DNA of 64,000 nucleotides from Desulfatiglandales bacterium (GTDB taxonomy: Bacteria > Desulfobacterota > DSM-4660 > Desulfatiglandales > HGW-15): the NCBI GenBank assembly GCA_963667015.2, contig CAXXJJ010000004.1, positions 2,112,001-2,176,000 of the forward strand. The letters run 5' to 3'. The translations under genes were made by a program, and so were the position numbers. This document shows positions 1-10,431 of this stretch, one piece after another. How positions within the stretch are numbered: the stretch's first letter is position 1; each line of letters starts with the position of its first letter. The notes beneath the pieces are model-generated. The model was not told where the DNA came from. It did no database searches and worked only from the letters and a program-made list of their open reading frames with translations.

Positions 1-512
1 GTCACACCCGGATCCGTGTAGGTCAGCCTTGCCATTATTTCTCCACCCCAGGAAGGGCAGTCCGCTATTATCTGTCCATCCTCCATGCCAAATTCAATAC
101 AGTCGGCAATCAGTCCCGAATCATTATATGCCGCGCAAAGGGCGGCTATTTCCCTTGCAAAATCAGAGAGAGGAAAAAGGACTATTTTGGGAGACCTTTT
201 CTTTACCAATTCTGTGACGGCCTTTGCATGACAGTCAGGCCTGTATTGATCAACATCAGGATTTTCAAGAACAGATACAATATCAGCACCTTTTGCTATA
301 CAAGTATCAGTTGCTTCTGTCAGAGAGACACATGAACCGGCTTTAATACTATCATCTGTGTTTTCATCACCTGCACTTACCAGGATGGCAATAGACCTTC
401 CTTTTGATAATTCTGAAAGTTGAGAGGCGGCTCCAAGCACATTTATACTCTCATCAAAGTGTCTTTGATTGCGGATATCAATATATACCCATATGTCATT
501 AATACTGTTCAT
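1..512 (-). CDS. etfA: Electron transfer flavoprotein alpha subunit, N-terminal part (runs off window start)
   Basis: Manual translation MNSINDIWVYIDIRN...SGLIADCIEF...CPSWGGEIMA; start ATG overlaps the etfB stop (TGATG); not in ORF track because truncated. Confidence 0.85.
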   Translation of the reverse strand, partial: MNSINDIWVYIDIRNQRHFDESINVLGAASQLSELSKGRSIAILVSAGDENTDDSIKAGSCVSLTEATDTCIAKGADIVSVLENPDVDQYRPDCHAKAVTELVKKRSPKIVLFPLSDFAREIAALCAAYNDSGLIADCIEFGMEDGQIIADCPSWGGEIMARLTYTDPGV

Positions 513-1288
513 CAGCCAATATACCCCCCGGCCTTAATTCTCTTTACCAGTTCATCGGCCTGTTCCTCAGGCGATCCCTCAATAAATTCGCATTTGTGTT
601 TTTTCCGGACCTTGCTCATGGAAACCAGTTTTGTAGGGCTGCCTTTTTCACCCAGCCCTTCAACTGACAGCTCAAGGTCTGAAAGTTTCAATGTTTCAAA
701 TGCCTCGCTGCTGAATGCCTTTTCCACCATTGAAAGTACAGTATCCCTGGCATCAACCGCCTTTGGATGTATGGCCACCGCACCGGGGAGGAGCATTTCA
801 TACTCTTCCTCAAATTCATCAATAACCCTGTCGACCTTGATATTCTTACCGGAATATTCAATACCTTTTACACCGGTTAATATTGGCATATTTAAATGTA
901 CTGCGGTCTGTGGACCTACCTGACCTGTATCACTGTCAGATGACCGGGCACCAAAGATTACAAGATCAAAGGGTTTCAGTTTTTCTATGGCAGCAGCCAG
1001 GGTCTTTGATGTTGCAAGGGTATCGGAACCGGCAAAGGCACGGTCAGTAACAAGAACTACCTTATCCACACCCATAGCCAGTGCTTCATAAAGGGCGATC
1101 GAGCCTGTATCCGGGCCCATGGTAATGGCCGTTACTGTACCGCCATTTGTCTCCCGAAGTTTTAATGCCATTTCAATGGCAGGACGGTCAAAGGGATTTA
1201 AAATACAATTTTCCGCTGTCCTGACAACACGCCCGCCCGGCGCACTTGTTACAACGGATTTTATACAGACAATTATATTGAAGCTCAT
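512..1288 (-). CDS. etfB: Electron transfer flavoprotein beta subunit
   Basis: IIVCIK, NPFDRPAIE, GSDTLATS, DSDTGQVGP motifs; likely start MSFNII at 1288. Confidence 0.93.
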   Translation of the reverse strand: MSFNIIVCIKSVVTSAPGGRVVRTAENCILNPFDRPAIEMALKLRETNGGTVTAITMGPDTGSIALYEALAMGVDKVVLVTDRAFAGSDTLATSKTLAAAIEKLKPFDLVIFGARSSDSDTGQVGPQTAVHLNMPILTGVKGIEYSGKNIKVDRVIDEFEEEYEMLLPGAVAIHPKAVDARDTVLSMVEKAFSSEAFETLKLSDLELSVEGLGEKGSPTKLVSMSKVRKKHKCEFIEGSPEEQADELVKRIKAGGYIG

Positions 1289-1346
1289 AGTTAATTTTCC
1301 TAAAACTAAATTTATCAAATTACATTAATAAACAGGCAAAAATCTA

Positions 1347-1409
1347 CAGGTATACGGTTTAAGGTTTCTTGTTTTAGCCGTATACCGTAAACCTTACACC
1401 TTATACCTG
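1347..1409. repeat. Intergenic inverted heptamer repeat array (hairpin-forming)
   Basis: AGGTATA/CGGTTTA units followed by complementary ACCGTAT/ACCTTAC/ACCTTAT units. Confidence 0.75.
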
Positions 1410-1429
1410 GATTTTTTTACACCGCGCTT

Positions 1430-2578
1430 TTATTTATATTCCTCAAGCACACTACGGGCTATGACGATACGGTGTATCTCACTTGTTCCTTCGTAGATAC
1501 GCGTCACCCTGGCGTCCCTGTAAAAACGCTCAACAGGATATGTTTTTATGTAACCATACCCGCCATGCATCTGGAGTGCCATGTCGGTTACTTTCCCTGC
1601 GGCTTCGGCTGCATACAGCTTGGCCATGGCAGATTCCTTTGAAAATGGCATTCCCCTGTCTCTTTTTGCTGCAGCCCTGTATACCATCAGTCTTGCGGAT
1701 TCAACCTGTATTGCCATATCTGCAATCATATTCTGCATTGACTCGTGCTGACAGATAGGCACACCGAACTGCCTTCTCTGTTGACTGTATTTTATACCTT
1801 CCTCCATTGCGGCCTGGGCGATTCCAAGGGCCTGGGCAGCTATTCCTGTACGTCCGGTATCAAGTGCTGCAAGTCCGATCCTCATGCCCCAGCCTTCTTT
1901 CCCAAGAAGATTTTCTGCAGGGACACGACAGTCAGTAAGCCTGATTGAAGATACGGGATTGGCCCTGTTACCTGAAAGGTCTTCAAGGTCACCTATCTCA
2001 AAACCGGGCGTTCCTCTTTCCACAACTATTACACTCAGCCCCCTGTGTCCGGCAGATGGGTCGGTTTTAACAAAAATGAGACATGTATCTGCAACACCGC
2101 CATTGGTCACCATGACCTTGTTGGCATTAACTATATAATGATCTCCGTCACGGATCGCGGTTGATTCAACGCCTGCAGCATCAGATCCTATATTTGGTTC
2201 TGTCAGACAGAAGGCGCCGATCTTTTCACCTCTTGCCAAGGGCGGAATCCATTTTTTCTTCTGCTCATCATTTCCGAATGCAAGTAAAGGATAGATACAG
2301 ACGCTGTTATGAACAGTTGCGCAAAGACCAAGGCCCGAACATGCCCGTGAAATCTCTTCGATAATTATGCAGTATGTCACAGTGTCCATACCTGCGCCGT
2401 CCAGCTCATGAGGGGTCTGGATACCGAAATACCCGAGCTTTCCCATTTTTTCCACAATTTCCCATGGGAAACGGGCCTCCTGGTCCAGTTCTTTTGCAAT
2501 GGGAACTATTTCACGCTCGCAAAATGAACGAACCGAACGTCTGACAATATTCTGTTTTTCACTTAAAATAAAGTCCAT
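1430..2578 (-). CDS. Acyl-CoA dehydrogenase (butyryl-CoA dehydrogenase-like)
   Basis: FCLTEPNIGSDA, RRQFG, QMHGGYGY, IYEGTSEI motifs. Confidence 0.95.
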   Translation of the reverse strand: MDFILSEKQNIVRRSVRSFCEREIVPIAKELDQEARFPWEIVEKMGKLGYFGIQTPHELDGAGMDTVTYCIIIEEISRACSGLGLCATVHNSVCIYPLLAFGNDEQKKKWIPPLARGEKIGAFCLTEPNIGSDAAGVESTAIRDGDHYIVNANKVMVTNGGVADTCLIFVKTDPSAGHRGLSVIVVERGTPGFEIGDLEDLSGNRANPVSSIRLTDCRVPAENLLGKEGWGMRIGLAALDTGRTGIAAQALGIAQAAMEEGIKYSQQRRQFGVPICQHESMQNMIADMAIQVESARLMVYRAAAKRDRGMPFSKESAMAKLYAAEAAGKVTDMALQMHGGYGYIKTYPVERFYRDARVTRIYEGTSEIHRIVIARSVLEEYK

Positions 2579-2649
2579 ATGGAATATCTTTCAAAATTTA
2601 TATAATAGCTTTAACACAATAGAATGAATGGTATTTTAATATTAGCAAG

Positions 2650-2762
2650 CAGGTATAGGGTTTGAGGTATAAGGTCTAAGGTTTTCCGTGCGCATGCACT
2701 ACAGCCTCAAACCTTAAACCTCACACCTTAAACCTCACACCTTAAACCTCACACCTTGAACC
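2650..2762. repeat. Intergenic inverted heptamer repeat array including 3 tandem copies of ACCTTAAACCTCAC
   Basis: AGGTATA-type units 2651-2683; complementary ACCTNAN units 2704-2762. Confidence 0.8.
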
Positions 2763-2832
2763 GGTATCGCTAGGGAAACAAAGTTGGAATCTCCTGGATT
2801 TTCCAAAAAAATATCTCAACCATAACTAGCGA

Positions 2833-3681
2833 CTAGTATTCGTAAAAACCTTTACCCGTTTTTCTTCCATACCATCCTGCTTCAACATACTTTCTTAAAA
2901 GCGGGCATGGACGATATTTTGAATCCTTGAATCCTTCATAGAGTGTTTCCATAATGGCAAGACATGTGTCCAGACCGATCAGGTCTGCTAACGCCAGGGG
3001 CCCCATTGGATGGTTGAAACCAAGCTTCATTACAGTATCTATATCTTCGGGTGTACCAACGCTGTGATAAAGGGCAAATATCGCTTCATTAATCATGGGC
3101 ATGGCGATCCTGTTGGCGATGAACCCGGGGTAGTCATTTGACAGGGCAGGTATTTTTCCGAATTTCTTTGTAAGTTCCAGGGTTGTCTCATATGTTTCAT
3201 CAGAGGTGGCAATGCCGCGGATAATTTCAACAAGCTTCATAAGATGCACAGGGTTCATAAAATGCTGGCCTATTACCTTGTCCGGACGACTTGTCTTTGC
3301 AGCTATCCTGCCGATTGGGATCGAAGATGTATTTGTGGCAAGAATTACAGACGGATTACATATGCTGTCCAGGTCCTGAAAGATTTTGAACTTCAGGTCT
3401 TCTCTTTCAGTAGCGGCTTCCACAACAAAGTCACAGTTTGCCATATCCCTTATATCAATACTCTTTGTTATCCTTCCAAGGGTGGCATCCCGATCTTCCT
3501 TTGACATTTTACCTTTTTCAACACTTTTATCCAGGTTTCTTGTGATTGTGGCATACCCCTTGTCAACAAATTCATCGTTGATGTCGTTCATTATAACATA
3601 ACAACCGCTCATTGCTGCAACCTGGGCGATACCGTTTCCCATCTGACCTGAACCTATAACACCGTATGTTCTAATCTCCAT
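2833..3681 (-). CDS. hbd: 3-hydroxybutyryl-CoA dehydrogenase
   Basis: GSGQMGNGIAQ, NTSSI, HFMNP, HPMGPL, GRKTGKGFY. Confidence 0.93.
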   Translation of the reverse strand: MEIRTYGVIGSGQMGNGIAQVAAMSGCYVIMNDINDEFVDKGYATITRNLDKSVEKGKMSKEDRDATLGRITKSIDIRDMANCDFVVEAATEREDLKFKIFQDLDSICNPSVILATNTSSIPIGRIAAKTSRPDKVIGQHFMNPVHLMKLVEIIRGIATSDETYETTLELTKKFGKIPALSNDYPGFIANRIAMPMINEAIFALYHSVGTPEDIDTVMKLGFNHPMGPLALADLIGLDTCLAIMETLYEGFKDSKYRPCPLLRKYVEAGWYGRKTGKGFYEY

Positions 3682-3701
3682 TTTATCCTCCTTAAATTGA
3701 T

Positions 3702-4877
3702 TTATCGCTTAACTATCATGGCAACTGCCTCACCGCCGCCAAGGCACAATGATGCCATGCCTGTTTTTTTATCCTGTTTTATCATCTCGTTGATAAGTGT
3801 AACCAGCACGCGGCAACCGCTTGCTCCGATCGGATGGCCCAGGGCTACTGCTCCACCGTTTACATTAACCTTTGCCGGATCAAGTTTCAGTTCTTTTAAT
3901 ATGGCAACCGATGATCCGCTGAATGCCTCGTTAATCTCAAAAAGATCAATCTCATCCAGTGTTATACCCTCTTTTTGTGCACACTTTGGTATTGCCCAGA
4001 TCGGGGCAACAAGAACATATTTCATATCTATGCCGTATGAAGCCTGGGCACCTATGGTTGCAAGAATGTTACAACCAAGTTCTTCGGCCTTTTCACGGGA
4101 CATTACTACAACAGCGGCAGCACCGTCGCTTATTATTGATGCATTACCGGCTGTTCCCACTCCGTCCTTCTTAAAGGCTGGTTTCATCCTGGAGAGTATG
4201 TCCATGCTGGTTTCCCTCGGACATTCATCAGTGTCGAATATTTTTGGATCACCCTTTCTCTGCGGGATCTCAACCGGCATTATCTCATCTTTAAACCTTC
4301 CGGATTTTATCGCCTCAAGCGCCCTGCGGTATGACTCGTCTGCGAATTTATCCTGCTCTTCTCTGGAGACATTATATTTTTCCGAACAGAGCTCATTTGA
4401 CATACCCATGTGAAAATCATTGACCACGTCCCACAGGCCGTCATGTACCATGTGATCTATAAGCTGACCATTGTTCATCCTGTAGCCTGTACGTGCCTTA
4501 TCAAGATAATAGGGGGCATAGCTCATGTTTTCCATGCCGCCTGCAACAACAACATCAGCATCGCCGACCTGAATGGCCTGGGCTGCAAGCATTACAGTCT
4601 TGAGAGATGATCCGCAGACTTTATTTACTGTAATACTTTCAACTTCCCATGGCATGTCGGCCTGGACAACCGCCTGTTTGGCGGGGTTCTGACCGTATCC
4701 GCAGGGAAGTACTATTCCCATCATTGCTTCATCGACATCCGTCTTTTTTATACCGGCCCTTTTAACAGCTTCTTCAATTACAAGGCCTCCCAGTCTGGTA
4801 GCAGGAATATTACTCAGTGATCCATTAAACGCGCCAAGCGGTGTCCTTACGCCGCTTACAATTACTGCTTCTTTCAT
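3702..4877 (-). CDS. Acetyl-CoA C-acetyltransferase (thiolase)
   Basis: NKVCGSS, NEAF, GHPIGASG, CLGGG motifs. Confidence 0.95.
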   Translation of the reverse strand: MKEAVIVSGVRTPLGAFNGSLSNIPATRLGGLVIEEAVKRAGIKKTDVDEAMMGIVLPCGYGQNPAKQAVVQADMPWEVESITVNKVCGSSLKTVMLAAQAIQVGDADVVVAGGMENMSYAPYYLDKARTGYRMNNGQLIDHMVHDGLWDVVNDFHMGMSNELCSEKYNVSREEQDKFADESYRRALEAIKSGRFKDEIMPVEIPQRKGDPKIFDTDECPRETSMDILSRMKPAFKKDGVGTAGNASIISDGAAAVVVMSREKAEELGCNILATIGAQASYGIDMKYVLVAPIWAIPKCAQKEGITLDEIDLFEINEAFSGSSVAILKELKLDPAKVNVNGGAVALGHPIGASGCRVLVTLINEMIKQDKKTGMASLCLGGGEAVAMIVKR

Positions 4878-5124
4878 TTATTCTTCTCCTTAGTATTTTT
4901 AAGCCTGAAAAAAAAGGCATATATTTTGCCCAATTTGAGCTATTTAAACATTAATAAGGCAGATATATATTCGTTATGATTACATTTTTTAGATGTGGGA
5001 GTATAGGAAAATAGGAAGAATGTGTCAATTACAGATTCAAAATAAAAAACAATGTTTAGATCATATAACAAAATATCTCCATTTAGTAAAAATGTATCAA
5101 CTTTGTTTCTATGTCTTCAGACTG

Positions 5125-6579
5125 TCAGATTGAGGTATCTACACATATCAGTTTTAAACGGGTAAATTCTTCAATCCCGAATCGTGATCCCTCCTTTCCA
5201 AAACCGCTGCCCTTGAAACCTCCCCATGGAAGATCACTTCCAAATGCGACTGATCCACCGTTTACCCGAACATTACCGGCATCGATCCGGTTTGCTATGC
5301 GAATTCCCCTGGCCGTGTTCCTGGTCCATACGGTTGCGGTAAGACCAAACGGAGTGTCGTTGGCGAGCCTGATCACTTCTTCCTCTGAAGTGAATGGCTC
5401 CATGATACAGGCAACCGGGCCAAAGATTTCTTCTCTTCCCAGCCTTGAATGCTGTCTCACATGGGTAAAGACCGCAGGCAAAACAAAATATCCTTTATTC
5501 AACGGCGGTTTCAGGATTCTATCTTCTCCCATAACCAGTTTTGCCCCCTCCTCCATTCCGATCCGGATATAGCCTTCCACCCGATCCCGGTGCGCAGCGC
5601 TCACAACCGGTCCCATAAGTGTTTTGGGATCAAGGGGATCACCGACGGTTACCTTTTTTATCTCAGCAAGGAATCTTTCTACAAATTCATCATAAAGGTT
5701 TCTGTGAACATAATATCGTCCGGTCGAGCCGCATACCATACCGCTGTTAAATGTAATGGAAGATACTGCGCGGGGTACGGCCTCGTCCAGGTCAGCGTCT
5801 TCAAGAACAATAAAGGGATTTTTGCCACCAAGTTCCAGGAAAACCGGTTTGACAGTCCTTCCTGCTGCGGCCATGATTGCCTTTCCTGTTTCATAACCTC
5901 CGGTAAATGCCACCATATCTACACCGGTATGACCGGCCAGGGCTTCTCCGACAGGTCTGCCCGGGCCTGTAATGATATTAACAGCCCCCTCAGGCAGATC
6001 TTTACATTCGGAAAGGATTTCTGCGATTTTCAATGCAGGCAGAGACACAAGGCTGGGCGGTTTTATAACACATGTATTCCCTGTTGCCAGGGCGGCTGCG
6101 ATCTTGGCAGTAATCATATAGGGGATGTTCCAGGGAATAATGCCGGCACAAACACCAAGCGGTTCCCGGGACACATAAAATAAACCTTCAGGAGGAGCCG
6201 GGCGGACTCCTTCTACCCCCATGACAGACTTGCTCATTTCGGCGGCGTACTGGAAATGTTCAGGAACAGACATGGCAAAAAGCCTGGCAATATATCCCGG
6301 TGAGCCATGATCCCGCACATGGATATCCACAAGCTCATCTATCCGCTCCCTGATCGATACTGTGATCCGGTTCAGAATCACTGCCCGCTCCTGAACGGAT
6401 TTACCTGACCAGATCGGAAAGGCCGCCCGTGCAGCAGCCACCGCCTTATCGACATCCTGCTCATCACCCAGCGGGAGTGTGCCGATCACTTCTTCTGTCG
6501 CCGGATTTGTACTTGTGAAAGTTTTACCGGATACCGCGTCAACCCATTTCCCGCCTATCCACATCCTGTATTCTTTCAT
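5125..6579 (-). CDS. Aldehyde dehydrogenase family protein
   Basis: IIPWN, LELGGKNP, catalytic Cys in GMVCG, EEIFGPV. Confidence 0.93.
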   Translation of the reverse strand: MKEYRMWIGGKWVDAVSGKTFTSTNPATEEVIGTLPLGDEQDVDKAVAAARAAFPIWSGKSVQERAVILNRITVSIRERIDELVDIHVRDHGSPGYIARLFAMSVPEHFQYAAEMSKSVMGVEGVRPAPPEGLFYVSREPLGVCAGIIPWNIPYMITAKIAAALATGNTCVIKPPSLVSLPALKIAEILSECKDLPEGAVNIITGPGRPVGEALAGHTGVDMVAFTGGYETGKAIMAAAGRTVKPVFLELGGKNPFIVLEDADLDEAVPRAVSSITFNSGMVCGSTGRYYVHRNLYDEFVERFLAEIKKVTVGDPLDPKTLMGPVVSAAHRDRVEGYIRIGMEEGAKLVMGEDRILKPPLNKGYFVLPAVFTHVRQHSRLGREEIFGPVACIMEPFTSEEEVIRLANDTPFGLTATVWTRNTARGIRIANRIDAGNVRVNGGSVAFGSDLPWGGFKGSGFGKEGSRFGIEEFTRLKLICVDTSI

Positions 6580-6584
6580 ATGAC

Positions 6585-7670
6585 CTATTTACTGTAGTTA
6601 ATTCGTGATTGTTTATACAACTCTTCTCTGAAGGCAGGCGTCATGAGCTTTGAACCCATAAAATTAAAATATGAAGGTTTCTCAGGCCTGCAGAATTTAT
6701 CCGCATATTCTCTTGCTCTTGCCCTCTGTTCCTCTTCCGATGTTGTTTCAATATCAAACATATCAGGAATAACACCGATTAATATTTTATCGCCATAGAG
6801 TTCGTATATCTTCTGGGTATCATTCATTTCCTGGCCGCCCCAGGCATCCCAGCCTGCAGCTATCATATTAGGCACCTGTTTCATCAGCTGCCCGCAGCTA
6901 TGAAGTTCTGCAAATTTACCCTTTGAGTGGATAAAATCCGTTACCTTTTTCATGGCCGGAACAATTACCTCCTCTGCAGTAGCAGGCGAGAAAAATGTCT
7001 CCTTCTGTGAGCCCCAGTCATCATGGATAAAGAATCCGTCAATATTTTCATAGTGTGTAAGGTATTTATCAAATATCCTGATGTAGAGTTCAGCGAGTTT
7101 ATCAAAAAGTTCTTTGACCGCCTCTTTCTGATCTTCATCAATCATTGCCATTACGGCACCTTCAAAATCCATAAAGGATACAAGTCTTTCATACCATCCG
7201 GTCTGGAACCAGACTATATTATACTTATCATCGGTCAGGTATGTTCCGTTATTGGCCTTTGCGCTTCCTTCCCAGTCCCAGCTCTCTATATCAGGCCATA
7301 CCAGCTTGTCATACCATTCAGTGGCATCTTCCATAAAAGGCTTTCCAGGACGAACCATAGATCCGCCGGCAACCTCGATATATTCCCACTCAATACCAAA
7401 CATATCCTTTCCGCCGCCTTCCTTTACTGCGTCAAAGGGCTGGCCCTCAAGTACAAAGGCGCGGGCAACATTGTCAGGCAGAATCCTGGGTGTAAAAATG
7501 CGGTTATCGAGTCCTGACACCTGCCATAAAGGCTTTCGGTTCATCATGGCAATAAAGGCTTCTTTTATTGAAACCGGATAATTATATATCTTCATCTCTG
7601 GTGAAAATGGGGTAGCCGGGATTTTTCCCATTACTTCCATTTCTTTAGGATCGAATTCTGGTATTGTCAT
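6585..7670 (-). CDS. Uroporphyrinogen decarboxylase / MtaA-CmuA methyltransferase family protein
   Basis: DMFGIEW, HDDWGSQ, ELHSCG motifs typical of URO-D fold proteins. Confidence 0.75.
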   Translation of the reverse strand: MTIPEFDPKEMEVMGKIPATPFSPEMKIYNYPVSIKEAFIAMMNRKPLWQVSGLDNRIFTPRILPDNVARAFVLEGQPFDAVKEGGGKDMFGIEWEYIEVAGGSMVRPGKPFMEDATEWYDKLVWPDIESWDWEGSAKANNGTYLTDDKYNIVWFQTGWYERLVSFMDFEGAVMAMIDEDQKEAVKELFDKLAELYIRIFDKYLTHYENIDGFFIHDDWGSQKETFFSPATAEEVIVPAMKKVTDFIHSKGKFAELHSCGQLMKQVPNMIAAGWDAWGGQEMNDTQKIYELYGDKILIGVIPDMFDIETTSEEEQRARAREYADKFCRPEKPSYFNFMGSKLMTPAFREELYKQSRINYSK

Positions 7671-7747
7671 TAATATTATATCTCCTTCTATTTCTGTATT
7701 TTATTGAATTACGGGCTTTTTTATACATGAATATGCTTAAAAATCAA

Positions 7748-8251
7748 TCACCTTATCTTCAATCTCTCTGCAATCAGTTCGGCAGCCCTTTCCTGGGATA
7801 TGGAATTACAGTCAATTGTTATCTCTGCGTATTTTTCATAGAGGGGCTGCCGCTCCAGAAACAGGTCTTCGAAAGATTGGTCAGGGGCCTTTGCAAGCCC
7901 TCTCTCCTTAAAATTACTGATCCTGTTTTTTAAAACATCAAGGCTGACCTTTAGAAATACCACTGTAGAAATAGAGCTCAAATGATCCATAGTCTTACGG
8001 CTGTAAACAGCACTTCCGCCTGTTGCGATAACACATTTTTCCAGGTTTATTTTTAAAATTTCCTCCTCTTCAACCTTTCTTAAATAGAGATGCCCCTTTT
8101 TATCAACTATATCCTGTAATGGGCTTTTACGATTTATCTGGATTAAAAGATCGGTATCCATGAAGCCCAGGGATAGAAGTTTCGCCAGGATAACACCAGT
8201 GGTGCTCTTCCCTGCCCCTGGCATGCCTACGAGAGTTAAATTTGATTTCAT
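7748..8251 (-). CDS. aroK: Shikimate kinase
   Basis: GMPGAGKST, DTD, ATGGSAV, ERQPLYEKYA; likely start MKSN at 8251. Confidence 0.9.
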   Translation of the reverse strand: MKSNLTLVGMPGAGKSTTGVILAKLLSLGFMDTDLLIQINRKSPLQDIVDKKGHLYLRKVEEEEILKINLEKCVIATGGSAVYSRKTMDHLSSISTVVFLKVSLDVLKNRISNFKERGLAKAPDQSFEDLFLERQPLYEKYAEITIDCNSISQERAAELIAERLKIR

Positions 8252-8350
8252 TTTAAATGTCACCTGTGCCTTAGTTATTTTTTAATGTAAAAATTTTACA
8301 TTAAAAATACTATAACGCAACTCATTGATTTTAAAAAGCCGGGTTAAATA

Positions 8351-8415
8351 CTCCCTCCCTGATCCTTCCTGCCGGTCCTAGCTTAAGCTGCGGCAGGCAG
8401 GCAAGGGAGAGGGAA
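8351..8415. repeat. GC-rich REP-like palindrome
   Basis: CTCCCT...CCTGCCG / CGGCAGG...AGGGAG imperfect inverted repeat in intergenic DNA. Confidence 0.45.
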
Positions 8416-8633
8416 TTTGAAGAAATCCCGTCGCGGGCAACTGGAGTATCGGAAATACAATAAATTTGCACAGATTTTTATGCACCATGCACTCTTTCAT
8501 GTGCACCCCATAAAAAACAGGCTCCATATATCACATTTAAAATATAGCATTTATTATCAGACTTTTTCATATAACTATCTATTAATACAGCATATTAATT
8601 ACTTTGCATTAAAATTCTCATCCCTCAATAATT

Positions 8634-8650
8634 TTGGTCTCCTTTTTGCT
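8634..8650 (+). promoter_or_regulatory. Candidate sigma-54 (-24/-12) promoter
   Basis: TTGGTCTCCTTTTTGCT = GG-N10-GC, about 35 nt before the ATG at 8686. Confidence 0.5.
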
Positions 8651-8685
8651 AATATATTATAAAAAAAAATATAGAGAGGGAAGCC

Positions 8686-8880
8686 ATGGGTAAAGCGTTT
8701 AATGAACATATATATAAAAAAGAGGACATTGAAAAGGCCTACGACATGGGCTGGGAAAGTGCCATTATGATTCTTGAAAAATCCATCGGTATGTCAGTTG
8801 ACGGCCAGAAAGAATTGTTAAGCATGCTGAAAAAAATGCGAAGCGAAAACCGGGTACAGCCTTTATACAGAAAACATTAG
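8686..8880 (+). CDS. Small hypothetical protein (64 aa)
   Basis: ORF with AGAGGGA RBS and candidate sigma-54 promoter. Confidence 0.6.
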   Translation: MGKAFNEHIYKKEDIEKAYDMGWESAIMILEKSIGMSVDGQKELLSMLKKMRSENRVQPLYRKH

Positions 8881-8941
8881 CCCCCGATAAAATTTCTGAA
8901 CATTAAATTAAGAAATCACATCTTAAAAAAATCAAACCCCT

Positions 8942-9670
8942 TCAGGGAATAGATTTTTTTTGCCCGATAGACAGATCATGAAGCGGGATAATAACACATC
9001 CCATTTCTTTTATCTTCTGAATACTGTCATAGGCCTCTGTCAGATCAATATGTACACCGGAAGGTACGGCCGGTCCATTTTTAGGGAAATTTTTTTCGTT
9101 ACAGCAGAAACCGGTAATAATCACCCTGCCCGCTGAGGTATTTACCGAAACAGACTGGCCTCCCGGTGAATGACCGGGGCTGAAGACAACATCGATTCCA
9201 TCAACAATATTTGCATCACCGTCTACCTCTATAACATCCACTCCTTCCAGAACATCAGGATAATACCTGTGATCAACTGGATGAGGGTTGTTGAAAAACT
9301 GCATCTCCCTTTTCTGGACATATACCTTTGCATTGACACATTTATAATCGTTTTCACAGTGATCATTATGCAGGTGTGTATGGATAATAATATCAATGTC
9401 CTCCGGAGCAAGCCCCACGGTTGAGAGGGCCTCTTCAAACTCCATCACCTTGAAGCCGTAAGTCTCTCCCACATGGTCTGGCACCATAAACTGCTCCAGT
9501 CCCGTATCTACAAGAATATTTTTGTCTCCGCCTTTGATATAAAAAACATATATAGGTATCCAGATCCGTTTTCCGTAGTCCCTGAGATAGGTCATTACCC
9601 CCTGATCAGTCTCATTGGCCCCTACAACAAGGGGTATAATAGAATATTCGGTCAACTCTCCCTCCGACAT
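8942..9670 (-). CDS. N-acyl homoserine lactonase-like metallo-beta-lactamase fold hydrolase
   Basis: VDTG, HTHLHNDH, PGHSPG, PLHD; start at 9670 or TTG at 9655. Confidence 0.85.
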   Translation of the reverse strand: MSEGELTEYSIIPLVVGANETDQGVMTYLRDYGKRIWIPIYVFYIKGGDKNILVDTGLEQFMVPDHVGETYGFKVMEFEEALSTVGLAPEDIDIIIHTHLHNDHCENDYKCVNAKVYVQKREMQFFNNPHPVDHRYYPDVLEGVDVIEVDGDANIVDGIDVVFSPGHSPGGQSVSVNTSAGRVIITGFCCNEKNFPKNGPAVPSGVHIDLTEAYDSIQKIKEMGCVIIPLHDLSIGQKKSIP

Positions 9671-9852
9671 ATGTAATTTATGAGATAAGTGTAAAACTTT
9701 TGGTTGATGTAAAAGAACAAATAAAATAATTATCATTTTTTAGATAGTACATTTGGACAGAAAATACCAATACTTTACAGGTCGATTCATAGAATCTTGA
9801 TATGATCAGCGTTACAGCTCTTAACAGAATAGAAACAGGGTATGAAAAAGCT

Positions 9853-10431
9853 ATGAAAAAATTCATTATTACAGGTAGCCCCCATTCAGGGAAGACAAAA
9901 GTTTTACAGGAACTTGAAAGACATGGCATAGCTGTTTTGCATGAAACCGCAAGATTAATAATCCGGGAAGACCAGGAAAAAATGGCTGCAGACCCGTCTT
10001 TTAATGTTAAGTATCCCTGGGATGATCAGGCAATATTCTGCAGACGCTGCCATGAAAGACAGCTTGAAAGGGAAAAGAATCTCACCGGTGACCTTATCGT
10101 AATGGACAGGTCTATAATTGACAACCTGGCCTATGCAAAAGTGGCAGGAATTAAACTGGATAAGAAGATCTACAGGGATATAGAAAGGGCGGGCTATGAA
10201 AAAAAAGTCTTTTTTATGGAACGGCTTAAAAATTATAAAACCGACGACCAGAGAAAGGACAGTAAAGAGCAGGTTAAGGCAATTCATGATGAATTATACA
10301 AAATATACAGTGACCTTGGATTTAAAATTATCGACATACCACTGTTTTCCGACGATAAAGATACAAACATTATAAAACGTGCTGAAGCGGTCTTACGGCA
10401 TCTCGGAAAAGAAGGGACTCCATTACAATGA
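9853..10431 (+). CDS. AAA_28/NadR-like P-loop ATPase
   Basis: ITGSPHSGKT, ETAR, DRSIID motifs. Confidence 0.8.
   Translation: MKKFIITGSPHSGKTKVLQELERHGIAVLHETARLIIREDQEKMAADPSFNVKYPWDDQAIFCRRCHERQLEREKNLTGDLIVMDRSIIDNLAYAKVAGIKLDKKIYRDIERAGYEKKVFFMERLKNYKTDDQRKDSKEQVKAIHDELYKIYSDLGFKIIDIPLFSDDKDTNIIKRAEAVLRHLGKEGTPLQ

Noticed and set aside
2704..2762. CRISPR array
   Set aside because: Tandem 7/14-nt units without unique spacers, and no cas genes.
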